From an uncultured virus (IMG/VR IMGVR_UViG_3300032291_000723) (lineage: Duplodnaviria; Heunggongvirae; Uroviricota; Caudoviricetes), in IMG/VR virus record IMGVR_UViG_3300032291_000723: a stretch of DNA of 64,000 nucleotides. One strand, given 5' to 3'. Shown here one piece after another: positions 36,036-45,929 of the stretch (positions within the stretch are counted from its first letter, which is position 1; each line of letters begins with the position of its first letter). The translations under genes were made by a program, and so were the position numbers. The notes under the pieces are model-generated. The model was not told the origin of the DNA. It worked only from the letters and a program-made list of their open reading frames with translations, and did no database searches.

Positions 36036-39000
36036 ATGGCAACATATGACAATTTAAATATAGCAACAACAACGCTTACCTTTAGTGGTAATGGAAATAC
36101 TTCCGTTGCTTCGGGTACATTTGATTTAAGTACATTAAACTTTTTACCTAATGTTCCTCTTATTGATCAGATTGAAGTAGAGCGTGTTTTCGATACAGGA
36201 TATGACACTAAGTTTGGTGCTTATGCGTTTACTATTGCTGATCGTAGGCAGATGTTTATCTTTCCAAAAGATTGGTATACAATCAATGAACAGACAAAAG
36301 TATTAACATTTAAAGATCTTAGTACCATTCCACTTAAGACTAGTAATAATTTAGACTATCCTTATTCTAGAACTTACACTTTAATTAGTGGCCGAGAAAT
36401 AGATATACCTGTTGTTCAAGCTTCTTACTCTAGCGTAAACGGTATTGTTAGACAGGCAGATATAGTTTATATTCGCCGTAAGACACCCTCAATCAATAGT
36501 ATTGTTACCTTTGCTCCCGGTACCCGCTTGACTACAACTCAGTTAAATCTGCAGTTTGATCAGTTAAAGTATATTGTACAAGAATTGACAGCAAAGTTTC
36601 GTAATGAGTCTATTTTAAAGTATGATGAGAATGCTGTAGATGGCCCCTTCCTTGGACAAGGCGATCTAAAGATGAATAACAACTATATTAAAGATGTTAA
36701 TTCTCCAGCATTTACTCAACTTGGAACTTTTATTTCCGACAGCCTTACAAATGGTTCTTTTAATGCATCTACCTTTCTTATTAATCTTGGTACTTTAGGT
36801 ACTGCAATTAGAAGCGGTACTATTCATAGAACTGGCGTTGATAATAATCCTCCTACATACACGGGTAATTATAATGCTGACAATCTTAGATTAATAAATC
36901 TAGCAGATGGCATAGAATCTACAGATGCTGCTACTTTTGGTCAAATTCAAAACGCCAATAACATAACAACAGGCACACTTAGTGCTGCAATAATTGGTGA
37001 TGGTACTCTTTCTTTAAGAAAGCTTTCACAAGCGGCTGGTCAAAACTATGTCTTGCCTTCAGATGCTCTTCCTGTAGCAAACAGCTTGAATTCAGCCACA
37101 CCTACATCCTTTGGTGCTAGCTCTGGTAGCAATAACAATAACATGCTATTTGCATCTGTAGATAGTAAGGGCAGAATTACTGCTATTGGACACCGCAACC
37201 TTTCTGTTGCAGACCTACCAGATTCTACAGCCAACTTGGCTGGTGTTTATGGTGATAGTACTACAGTTCTTACTCAAGTAACCGTAGACAGTAAGGGCCG
37301 CATTACTGGGGCACAAGAAAGAGCAATAACAGCAACAGATATTTCCAGCGTTAATGCTAGTGCAGTTAGTGGTGCTCTTGCTGCAAGTAACCTACCTTTA
37401 GTATCTGGTTATAGTGGAACAACCACAACAACCAGTATTCCCAATAGCATCACTGTCGATACTCATGGTCGTGTGACTTCCGTATCTGGTGGTAGTATTA
37501 CAGCTAGTAATGTTTCAGATTTTAATAGTGCGGTGCGTACTAATAATAGACTTGATCAATTAGCGGCTCCTACAGCAGATGTAAGTCTTAACAACCGAAA
37601 GATTCTACTTTTAGCTGATCCCACTATTTCAACAGACGCTGCTACTAAGAATTATGTAGATACAAACTTTACTTCAAATACAAATCTTAATGGCGCAATT
37701 CGTGCAAATAGACTTGATCAAATGGCTACACCTACAGGACCTGTAGGTTTTGGTAATCAAAAAATTACAGGTCTAGGTACACCAACTGATGCTGCAGATG
37801 CTGCTACTAAGGGTTATGTAGATACAGACTTTACAAAAACTGTAAATCTTAATACACCAATTGATGCTCGTCTACAAACAAACTCTGTTTACTTATCAGC
37901 TACTGGTATATTAAACGCAGGTGGTAAACCAATTACCAATGTAACTGATCCTACTAATAATCAAGATGTTGTCACAAAAAAGTACTTTACTGATAACTCT
38001 ATTGTATCAACTGGTACTGCTTATAGTGTAGGTAGTAAGCCTATTATTAATCTTACTATGAGAGCTGGTGCTAGCTTAGAAGATAACGATGCTGTTAACT
38101 ATGGTTTAGTCCGTGCTATGAGTTTGTTTAATCAAGCAGTTACTGATCCACAAACTTTTACAACTACATGGCCAACTGGAACAACAGTTAGTCCCAATAA
38201 GGCTTATGTGTTCTCACTAAGCACTCTTGCGGCAACAACTGGAGAAATGTTAATTGTAACTGATTCTCAAAATAGAACTTATGTTCCAACTATAACAGTT
38301 CCTACAACAGCAGGACAATTCTTTATATTAAATACAGCTGCTTCTCCAAAGACTGTAACTGTTTATCTTGATTCTGGAATAACTCCTACTGGTACACTTA
38401 CTGTTAGAAACTTTGGTACATCACGCTCTGTATCTGCAGCTATTGCGGGAGCTAGTACATTAGGTCTTGTACAAGTACCAACCGCTGGTGGTTTATTAAT
38501 TGAAAATGGTGTGGGTAATCTTACTCTTAACACCGCCACAGCTTCTCAACTTGGTGGCATTAAAATTGGTACTGGTCTTTCTATTGCTAGTGGTACTGTT
38601 AGTGTTACTTCAGTTGCTGGAAACTCTACCCTTGGTCAAGTAATGGTTGCTGCCGTTGGTACAAGTGGTCTAAGTTTAAACACCTCAACAGGTGCTCTGT
38701 CTTTGCCCACAGCCACAACTACTCAGCTTGGTGGTATCAGACTTGGTAATACGCTTTCTATTTCTAATGGTGTTGTAGATGTTGTTTTCCCAATTGCAGG
38801 AAATACAGCCCGAGGTCAAGTTAGTGTTGATGCAGTTGGCACAAGTGGTCTAAATTTAAACCTCACAACAGGTGCACTATCTTTACCAACTGCTACCCCA
38901 ACACAATTAGGTGGTGTTAAAGTAAACACTTCAACAGGTGGTTTGACAAACACTTCTGGTCTTATCGCAGTCGATCTAACTGATAGCACTACTAGCCAAA

Positions 39001-40748
39001 GTGCCACAACTGTAGCTAACTCTAAGGCAGTGAATGATTTGCGTGGCTTAACCGTGCTACGCGATGGTACTCAGGCTATGAGTGGAAAGCTAACCGCAGT
39101 TGCATCAACCACAAGCATTGCAAGTCTAAACTTGCCTTCAGGCGTGGCCCCAAACTCTCCTGTTATTGGGGATGTTTGGAATCAAAGTGGTACACTAAAG
39201 TTACGCACTGATGGCAGCACAACCAAGGATATTGCTTTTACGGATAGCAGCATTAGTGGCAACGCCGCAACAGCAACAACACTAGCTACAGGTCGTACAA
39301 TAACTTTAACTGGAGCAGTAACAGGAACTAGCACTGCATTTAATGGCTCTGCTAACCTCTCCTTTGCTACCACTCTTGCTACTGGTCAGGCTGTTACAAG
39401 CCTAGCGTCTTCTGACATGACAGTCTCCTCTTCAACCGGAGCAGTGACACTAACGCTACCTCAGAGCATCGCCACTAATAGTAGTGTTACATTTAATAAA
39501 GCCACTCTTGGTAATATTCGTATTAGCAATACTGCAAATCAAATTGATACTTCTTCTGGTAATCTAACTTTAGATTCTACAGGCGGAACTACAACAATCA
39601 ATGATAACACCAGTATTTCTGGTTCATTGACTGTTACTGGTACTAACACTACTTCCCTTGGTGGTGCCGTAACTCTTGGTGATAGCCTTGCTCTAAGCAC
39701 AGCTGCTGCTAAGATTGCTCTTGGTAATACAGCCGCCGCAGCCACAACCTCCATTGAGCGTATTGGAACTGCTGGTAGTGTAGTTGGAGTTGGTGATATT
39801 GTTATGCGTACTCCTACTAATCGCAAAGCATATCTAGTATCCAATGATACAAACACAACTGCGGCTATTGCTGGTGATGCTATTATTACAGAAACTGCAT
39901 TAGCAAGTAGAATTAGTGGCCTAAGTAGTACATACATGTCTAATGCTGGCGCTGTCAATAGCGCAGGAAGTCAGACTTTTGGTTCGTCTGCTTCCAGTGG
40001 TGCGGTGTTTATACAGACTGGTACTTCACCCACTACTAAAGTAACTATTGCAGCTAACGGTAGCGTTACTCTTACAAATGCATTGACTGTAGATTCAGGT
40101 GGGGCTACTATTACTGCTGGTGGTTTAACTGTTGGTACTAGTGGTACTACTAGTACAGCTACTGTTTATGGCCCACTAGTTGTAAATGGAACAATCAGCG
40201 GCGTTGCAACACCCACTGCATCTGGTCATGCTGCTACTAAGGGTTATGTAGATACTTATAATGACAGTGTTTCTATAGCTTCAGTATATACACCAGTTCG
40301 TAAAGCTTATTTAACGCAGCCGATTACTTCTTATAAAGTGGCGGCTTTAAATACAGCTAGTGCTGTTACTATTAGTACTTCTGGTTTTGCAATAGGTGTT
40401 CCAGAGTATTTCCCAATAAGACAAACTGGCGGCACACGCTCTGTTACTTTAAGTATAGCTGCTAACCATAAAATTGTACTCCTCTATAAGTATTCTTCAT
40501 CTGATCCTGTAACTGGACTTGTACTCACTACTGCAACAGTGTCTGTTTTACTACCAGATACTATTACAGGTTTATCAGAAATTTTAGCAAAAAGACTTGA
40601 TGGTGATAGTGTTACTTCTGGTACATTTACTAAATTGTCTTTGGGTACGATTTGGGATGGTGGAGCAACTGGAACAACAGTTACTTTAGGAAATGGTAGT
40701 ATAAGTGCTACACACAACCATGATTTTGTTTTAATGCGTATTGCTTAA
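36036..40748 (+). CDS. Long tail fibre (T7 gp17-type N-terminal anchor plus repeats)
   Basis: IRRKTP....VTF..G.RL....LN..FDQL.YI.QE anchor; repeated DAATK.YVD, TVD.KGRIT and TA...QLGG.K units. Confidence 0.85.
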   Translation: MATYDNLNIATTTLTFSGNGNTSVASGTFDLSTLNFLPNVPLIDQIEVERVFDTGYDTKFGAYAFTIADRRQMFIFPKDWYTINEQTKVLTFKDLSTIPLKTSNNLDYPYSRTYTLISGREIDIPVVQASYSSVNGIVRQADIVYIRRKTPSINSIVTFAPGTRLTTTQLNLQFDQLKYIVQELTAKFRNESILKYDENAVDGPFLGQGDLKMNNNYIKDVNSPAFTQLGTFISDSLTNGSFNASTFLINLGTLGTAIRSGTIHRTGVDNNPPTYTGNYNADNLRLINLADGIESTDAATFGQIQNANNITTGTLSAAIIGDGTLSLRKLSQAAGQNYVLPSDALPVANSLNSATPTSFGASSGSNNNNMLFASVDSKGRITAIGHRNLSVADLPDSTANLAGVYGDSTTVLTQVTVDSKGRITGAQERAITATDISSVNASAVSGALAASNLPLVSGYSGTTTTTSIPNSITVDTHGRVTSVSGGSITASNVSDFNSAVRTNNRLDQLAAPTADVSLNNRKILLLADPTISTDAATKNYVDTNFTSNTNLNGAIRANRLDQMATPTGPVGFGNQKITGLGTPTDAADAATKGYVDTDFTKTVNLNTPIDARLQTNSVYLSATGILNAGGKPITNVTDPTNNQDVVTKKYFTDNSIVSTGTAYSVGSKPIINLTMRAGASLEDNDAVNYGLVRAMSLFNQAVTDPQTFTTTWPTGTTVSPNKAYVFSLSTLAATTGEMLIVTDSQNRTYVPTITVPTTAGQFFILNTAASPKTVTVYLDSGITPTGTLTVRNFGTSRSVSAAIAGASTLGLVQVPTAGGLLIENGVGNLTLNTATASQLGGIKIGTGLSIASGTVSVTSVAGNSTLGQVMVAAVGTSGLSLNTSTGALSLPTATTTQLGGIRLGNTLSISNGVVDVVFPIAGNTARGQVSVDAVGTSGLNLNLTTGALSLPTATPTQLGGVKVNTSTGGLTNTSGLIAVDLTDSTTSQSATTVANSKAVNDLRGLTVLRDGTQAMSGKLTAVASTTSIASLNLPSGVAPNSPVIGDVWNQSGTLKLRTDGSTTKDIAFTDSSISGNAATATTLATGRTITLTGAVTGTSTAFNGSANLSFATTLATGQAVTSLASSDMTVSSSTGAVTLTLPQSIATNSSVTFNKATLGNIRISNTANQIDTSSGNLTLDSTGGTTTINDNTSISGSLTVTGTNTTSLGGAVTLGDSLALSTAAAKIALGNTAAAATTSIERIGTAGSVVGVGDIVMRTPTNRKAYLVSNDTNTTAAIAGDAIITETALASRISGLSSTYMSNAGAVNSAGSQTFGSSASSGAVFIQTGTSPTTKVTIAANGSVTLTNALTVDSGGATITAGGLTVGTSGTTSTATVYGPLVVNGTISGVATPTASGHAATKGYVDTYNDSVSIASVYTPVRKAYLTQPITSYKVAALNTASAVTISTSGFAIGVPEYFPIRQTGGTRSVTLSIAANHKIVLLYKYSSSDPVTGLVLTTATVSVLLPDTITGLSEILAKRLDGDSVTSGTFTKLSLGTIWDGGATGTTVTLGNGSISATHNHDFVLMRIA

Positions 40749-40758
40749 GGAGTAAACA

Positions 40759-41013
40759 ATGACAGAGAATAACCTTGCAATATTTGTTTCGTTTATGCAG
40801 TTGGCTATTCTCACCATTGGTGTGGTCACTGTGATTGTCAAACTAGGTAAGCGAGAAGCCTTGATTGAATCTAATGCAGATGAGCTTAGACAACTTAAGG
40901 AAATAACCAAAGACTTAGTAAAGGCTGATATTGAAAATGGAAAGAGTATCATAACCGTCATAGGCGATCTCAAGGCACTACGCTATCGTGTAGAAATGCT
41001 GGAGTCCAAGTAA
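40759..41013 (+). CDS. Single-TM coiled-coil protein, holin candidate
   Basis: Hydrophobic residues ~6-28, then charged coiled coil; gp17.5 position. Confidence 0.5.
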   Translation: MTENNLAIFVSFMQLAILTIGVVTVIVKLGKREALIESNADELRQLKEITKDLVKADIENGKSIITVIGDLKALRYRVEMLESK

Positions 41014-41483
41014 TGCGTTATCTATTCTCATTGGTTGCTTTGGCTGGATGTTCTTCCACACAAGAGATATCTACAAGCAATCACTATATTCAACAAGAGG
41101 CTATGGCTATTATTCAAACCACTGATATTAAGACTGCTCACAAGCATGCCCACAATATCCTTGGTGAGTCTACTGACATAGCAGGAGCCGTTGGCAATGT
41201 AAAAGACATTACGCCGTGGTGGGGAGAAATGCTGAGCTATGGTTTCATAGCCTTGGCTATCATTGGTATCTGTGTGTTGTTGTGGTACACAGGTGTCGGA
41301 ACTCTAATTCAAAAAACTGTTTATTCATTAGGTCTATTCATCCCAGAGAAGAAGATTCAACAGGCCAAGGTACTTGCCGAGGCCAAGGATGAAACAGACC
41401 CCACAACAATTCGTGAAGCAATTGCAGTACTACGGGCTTCAGATCCCGCATTCAATGCTGCATATAAGAAAGTAGAAGGATAA
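41013..41483 (+). CDS. Lipoprotein with internal TM helix, spanin candidate
   Basis: Signal peptide with lipobox LAGC, ~60-aa spacer, TM helix YGFIALAIIGICVLLWY. Confidence 0.55.
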   Translation: MRYLFSLVALAGCSSTQEISTSNHYIQQEAMAIIQTTDIKTAHKHAHNILGESTDIAGAVGNVKDITPWWGEMLSYGFIALAIIGICVLLWYTGVGTLIQKTVYSLGLFIPEKKIQQAKVLAEAKDETDPTTIREAIAVLRASDPAFNAAYKKVEG

Positions 41484-41488
41484 TAATT

Positions 41489-41602
41489 ATGGCATCATTC
41501 CTAGGTTCAGTTTGGTTTGCTCTCATGCTCTTCGTAGTAGGCTATGTTGCGGGTTCAGTCGTTCCCGTAAGTAAGCTTCCTGAGTTGTTCAAGAAGAAGT
41601 GA
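41489..41602 (+). CDS. 37-aa single-TM peptide with basic tail
   Basis: AAGGA RBS; MASFLGSVWFALMLFVVGYVAGSVVPVSKLPELFKKK; GTGA overlap with next gene. Confidence 0.6.
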   Translation: MASFLGSVWFALMLFVVGYVAGSVVPVSKLPELFKKK

Positions 41603-41823
41603 ATCCAGAACTAATCAATTTATTAAACTCTCGTCTTATTGAGCGTCTATTGGACGATCTCAAGGACGATACAAAGAGTACCCCCGGACTATACCAAGTC
41701 ATTCGTGGCGTGGTAAACGACAACCGGGAGGTGCTAGATGGCATCCCTTCCAGTACCCTCAATACCCTTGAGGATACTATGAAGGCCAAGATGCCATTCA
41801 AGTTTAAGTCTACCCAGATTTAA
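41599..41823 (+). CDS. Terminase small subunit (gp18 position)
   Basis: Size, position, L...LL.DL....TP......R....DN...L...MPF pattern. Confidence 0.6.
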   Translation: MNPELINLLNSRLIERLLDDLKDDTKSTPGLYQVIRGVVNDNREVLDGIPSSTLNTLEDTMKAKMPFKFKSTQI

Positions 41824-41829
41824 AGATCA

Positions 41830-41861
41830 CCCTAGGGGGCTTAATTGCTCCCTAGGGCTTT
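41830..41861 (+). terminator. Hairpin between terminase genes (weak terminator or processing site)
   Basis: CCCTAGGGGGC-TTAATT-GCTCCCTAGGG then CTTT. Confidence 0.45.
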
Positions 41862-41943
41862 CCCTGTGCCCAAGGCTACCCAGATAGCCTGAAGCGGTTA
41901 GAATCGTTTATAGGGCATTCTAGGCCCCGTAGAAAGGAAACCT

Positions 41944-43629
41944 ATGCAAGCCCCCAAGGAAGTGATGGAGGATTTCAGAAACCACCTCTACTTCAGTTTT
42001 AAGTACTTAGGTTTAGGTGAACCTACTGCCAAGCAATATGCCATGGCTAATCGCCTACAAGAAAATGCAATTGATTTTATTTTACAGGCTGGTCGTGGTG
42101 ATGGTAAGTCCGTCATCATGGCAGCGTATGTATCTTGGCTTCTCCTGAAGAACCCCAATACTACAATACTTGTATTATCTGCCACAGCAGACAAGGCCAT
42201 CAAGTTCGTATCTCAGGTACGGGCGGTGGTTACCCTAGTCCCCTACATGAAGGCATTGGAGCCACAGGAGGGAGACAAGGACTCAGCCTTTGGATTCAAC
42301 CTCCACAATCGGACCAAGTTTGGTCAGGATCTTTCCGTGACTGCCCGAGGCATTACCTCGCAGATCACAGGTCTCCATGCCGATAAGATTGTGTGTGATG
42401 ATATTGAGATCCCTGAGAACTCCGATACCCCACAGGCCAGAGAGAAACTCTGGGAGCGATGCCTTGAGCTGGAGAATGTAAAGAACAAGGTTAAGGATGC
42501 AACCATCCAGTTCCTTGGTACACCCCAGTCAAAGGACTCTGTGTACAACAAGCTAGGTGGCATCTACAAGATCATCAAGTTCCCCGCCGTCATGCCAGAC
42601 CTAGACAATGCCGAGGATGTGGAGGATGTTGATCCCTATATTCTGGAACTAGGTCTCCCTGCAGATGAGTCTACTCAGCCTGAGCGGTTCACTACCGAAG
42701 GCATGAGAGAACTAGAGGGAAAGGTAGGTCCAGTTAACTTTGACTTGCACTATCGACTAAAGACAACCAGCGCAGACAATAAGAAGTATCCACTAAGACT
42801 GGAAGATCTGATTGTGTTAGATGTAGATCCAGAAGTATTCCCCATAAAGGTTATCCATGCCAAGAAGGATGTCAATAGACGAGTCTCTTCATTTGGTATG
42901 AAGGGTGACCTTGTGTATGAACCCATGCACATTGAACCTCAGTTCGTTCCTTATACCCAGACTGCCATGTTCATTGACCCCTCAGGCCGAGGTGCAGACG
43001 AGACTGCTATTTGCATTGCCTCCTTTGCCCACGGTTATGTGGTCATTCATGAGTTGCTTGGTATCCAAGGTGGCTATGATACTCCTACGCTAATGCAGGT
43101 GTGCAAGTTAGTCAACCGATATAATATTAATCTTATTCGGTACGAGTCCAACTATGGTGATGGTATGTTTGGCAAGATCATGCAGCCAGTCATCAGTGAA
43201 CACTGTGGCCCCGTAGCCATTGAAGAGTACCGAGTATCCGGTCAGAAGGAAGTTCGTATTGTGAATGCCCTTGAGCCTATCATGGCACAGCATCGCTTGG
43301 TGATGGACACCGAGGTAGTGCTGAGCAAGGAAAACCAGATGCAGATTACCCGTATCCAGACAAAGCGCGGGGCACTCAAGCACGATGACCGTGTGGATGT
43401 CCTCAGTGCTGCGGTATCCTTCTGGACAGATGCGCTTGCCATTGACCCCGCTAGGGAGATGGAAGTACGCAAGGAACAAGAGTACAAGGAAAAGGTAAAG
43501 GATTGGATGTCAAACAAGAGAGCCTTGGGTATTCTTGGTGAAAGAATCTCAGGCGCAGTTCTGTTGAATGGCAAAGATCCTACAGATAAAAAGAATGCAA
43601 GATCAATTCTAAAGAGAGGCCGTAGATGA
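41944..43629 (+). CDS. Terminase large subunit (T7 gp19-like)
   Basis: AGRGDGKS, QITG, DDIE, GTPQ, IDPSGRGADET, ESNYGDGM, HDDRVD. Confidence 0.97.
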   Translation: MQAPKEVMEDFRNHLYFSFKYLGLGEPTAKQYAMANRLQENAIDFILQAGRGDGKSVIMAAYVSWLLLKNPNTTILVLSATADKAIKFVSQVRAVVTLVPYMKALEPQEGDKDSAFGFNLHNRTKFGQDLSVTARGITSQITGLHADKIVCDDIEIPENSDTPQAREKLWERCLELENVKNKVKDATIQFLGTPQSKDSVYNKLGGIYKIIKFPAVMPDLDNAEDVEDVDPYILELGLPADESTQPERFTTEGMRELEGKVGPVNFDLHYRLKTTSADNKKYPLRLEDLIVLDVDPEVFPIKVIHAKKDVNRRVSSFGMKGDLVYEPMHIEPQFVPYTQTAMFIDPSGRGADETAICIASFAHGYVVIHELLGIQGGYDTPTLMQVCKLVNRYNINLIRYESNYGDGMFGKIMQPVISEHCGPVAIEEYRVSGQKEVRIVNALEPIMAQHRLVMDTEVVLSKENQMQITRIQTKRGALKHDDRVDVLSAAVSFWTDALAIDPAREMEVRKEQEYKEKVKDWMSNKRALGILGERISGAVLLNGKDPTDKKNARSILKRGRR

Positions 43630-44123
43630 GCATAGTTGTTGTGACTGGTGTGGGACCTAGAACCGGGACTTCCTTTGTAATGAAGAAAGCCAAGGATGCT
43701 GGTCTGCCAATCATTGGAAAACCTTTTGATAAAACTCTGGTACCCGAACATAACCCTAACGGGTATTTTGAGACTACCTCAACAAAGCCAAAGGTTCTCG
43801 ACAACCATGTAGTAAAGCTATGGTCTCCTGACTTAGCGTTAATACCTCAATTTCTAATTTCCAAAATCGTAATACTTGAGCGCAAGGATAAGCTAGCGCA
43901 GATGCACAGTACATACAAGGTATTCAAGGATGAGTGCAAGCTCATGCCTGAGTTAGCAAAGATGTACAACCCATCTACCATTATCCAAGAACATGATGCG
44001 TATCTCAAGCAGTGGTCAAAACAATTTAATCAAAATAATATTATGCGAGTGTACACTGAGGATCTAAATGATTCCGTTGAAAGTATACTCAGCTTTTTAG
44101 AAAGAGGCTTAACATGGGCGTAG
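43626..44123 (+). CDS. Sulfotransferase-like P-loop protein
   Basis: VVTG.GPRTGTSFVM PAPS-binding loop, NPNGYFE, VK, KIVILER.....Q..S. Confidence 0.7.
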   Translation: MSIVVVTGVGPRTGTSFVMKKAKDAGLPIIGKPFDKTLVPEHNPNGYFETTSTKPKVLDNHVVKLWSPDLALIPQFLISKIVILERKDKLAQMHSTYKVFKDECKLMPELAKMYNPSTIIQEHDAYLKQWSKQFNQNNIMRVYTEDLNDSVESILSFLERGLTWA

Positions 44124-44875
44124 CAATCGCAATGGGCGGCATGGCATTGGCATCAGGGATCATGGGAGCATTCGGTGCTTCTTCCCAAGCAAGTGCTCAA
44201 GCACAGGCCGCTGAGATTCAGCAGCGTAACCAGAACTTCCAGAATGAGTGGCAGAAGGCCTCTCAAGATCGTAACACCATGCGCCAGTTCCAAGCATCCT
44301 TGGAGCGCAATGCACAGATTGAGAAGGCAGCAAACAAGGAAAGAGCCATGTCCGAGCTATACTTGGACAAGACCTTCTCCAATCAGAAAAGCACTCTCAG
44401 CAAGCAGACCGCAGAAGTAAACTCACAGTTTATCTCTGCAATGAATGGTCGTTATATTAATACAAATAGCGGCACAGCCCGAGCACTGCTTCGCCAGAAC
44501 ATGGAAGCACTGGGCAATAACATGGCAGCTCTAAAGCTAAACCATCGTAGTGCTTATAACGATATCGTAAATCAACAACAGGCCAGACTGGCTCAGCGCA
44601 ATAGTTCAATGTCCCCAGATCTTGGAGTATTCCTCCCTAGCACTGGCGGTATTGCTGACAACTCCTCTACTGCTCTTACTACTGGCCTGATTCAGGCAGG
44701 TATTCAGGGTGCTACAGTGGGTATCAATGCACAGCTCCAGTATGGTAAGCCATCTGGTCGCTCAGCTACACCACAGCCCGGTGGAACATCCGGCGGCGGT
44801 GGAGCCAACTGGGCCTATGGTATTATGAACCAAGCGTTTAATGCTGCTATCCCATCAATGAATATTGGAGGCTAA
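44114..44875 (+). CDS. Internal virion protein (gp14-like)
   Basis: Hydrophobic Ala/Gly N-terminus, Ala/Gln coiled coil. Confidence 0.7.
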   Translation: MGVAIAMGGMALASGIMGAFGASSQASAQAQAAEIQQRNQNFQNEWQKASQDRNTMRQFQASLERNAQIEKAANKERAMSELYLDKTFSNQKSTLSKQTAEVNSQFISAMNGRYINTNSGTARALLRQNMEALGNNMAALKLNHRSAYNDIVNQQQARLAQRNSSMSPDLGVFLPSTGGIADNSSTALTTGLIQAGIQGATVGINAQLQYGKPSGRSATPQPGGTSGGGGANWAYGIMNQAFNAAIPSMNIGG

Positions 44876-44876
44876 T

Positions 44877-45929
44877 ATGGCAGATAAAAATTTATTTGCA
44901 TCTCTGCAGAAGATTGCAGCAGAAGCCAAAGGCAATATCTCCACAAACGATACAGGCAATGAGAAGTTAATCGACTCTCAGGATATCTCAAAGATTAAGA
45001 ATGCAACTCAGATTGCAAACGACATGTATCCAGACCACGCTGCAAAGCGGTTTGACTACTGGAAGAAGTCGGTATCTTTGGATGGCATGTCTAACAATGC
45101 TCGTAACGAGTACTGGAAGACTTATGAAAAGATGCATCCCCGTGGTCTTGATGGGGCCAAGAGTGATTTTATTAATGTTACTCTTAATGAAGTAGGTCTT
45201 GTCAACGGAGTCTCCAACAAGGAGTTCCTGTTGCGGGATCGTATCTCTAACTCCCCACCTTGGGCCAATGATGTCCTCGGCTCAGAGCTTGCAAAGTATT
45301 CCACTGTGGTTGCCAATGCCAACATGAGCAAGGCCAGCCAAGTCTACGGCAAGTCTCTGCAGGATAAGATCAATCGCTTTGTGCATAGCGCAAGCCTTGA
45401 TCCCGATGTCTCTGTAGATCAGCACACTTCAGACTTCCTTCGTATGGAACAACTAAATCTGTTTGATGTTGCCTCGGTCAGCAATGGCCGTATTGGCGCA
45501 CACGATCAGTCTGGTCAGTTTGTTCCCGGCTTTGCTATTGCAGACCGTAAGCAAATCTTCCCAAAGGATTTCTATGGAACTCCATCAGTTGCTGAGCAGG
45601 TTATTGTACGAGATACTGCAACCAAGCCAATCAAGGATGCAGTCGAAACAAGAATCATTAATCAGCGCAGCTCTATTTCCCGTCAGGAAAGACTGTCCGC
45701 CATGGAAGCCACAAAGCTTTTGGAGGCAGGTCATTACCCAATGGATCGTTGGGGCGAGGCGTTCTCAATCAATCCAGAGGCTAGCAAGGAAGATCAGATT
45801 TCCCGTGGTTTAAAGGGAGAGATTGCCGCTGGTCGGATTAAGTCTAATAAGGATTTAATTGAAGGAATCTATACTGCAATGACAAAGTTCCCAACAATGT
45901 TTGGAGATTTAAATAATGGCGGAAGTTAA
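44877..45929 (+). CDS. Probable internal virion protein
   Basis: GGAGG RBS before ATG 44877; position. Confidence 0.6.
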   Translation: MADKNLFASLQKIAAEAKGNISTNDTGNEKLIDSQDISKIKNATQIANDMYPDHAAKRFDYWKKSVSLDGMSNNARNEYWKTYEKMHPRGLDGAKSDFINVTLNEVGLVNGVSNKEFLLRDRISNSPPWANDVLGSELAKYSTVVANANMSKASQVYGKSLQDKINRFVHSASLDPDVSVDQHTSDFLRMEQLNLFDVASVSNGRIGAHDQSGQFVPGFAIADRKQIFPKDFYGTPSVAEQVIVRDTATKPIKDAVETRIINQRSSISRQERLSAMEATKLLEAGHYPMDRWGEAFSINPEASKEDQISRGLKGEIAAGRIKSNKDLIEGIYTAMTKFPTMFGDLNNGGS

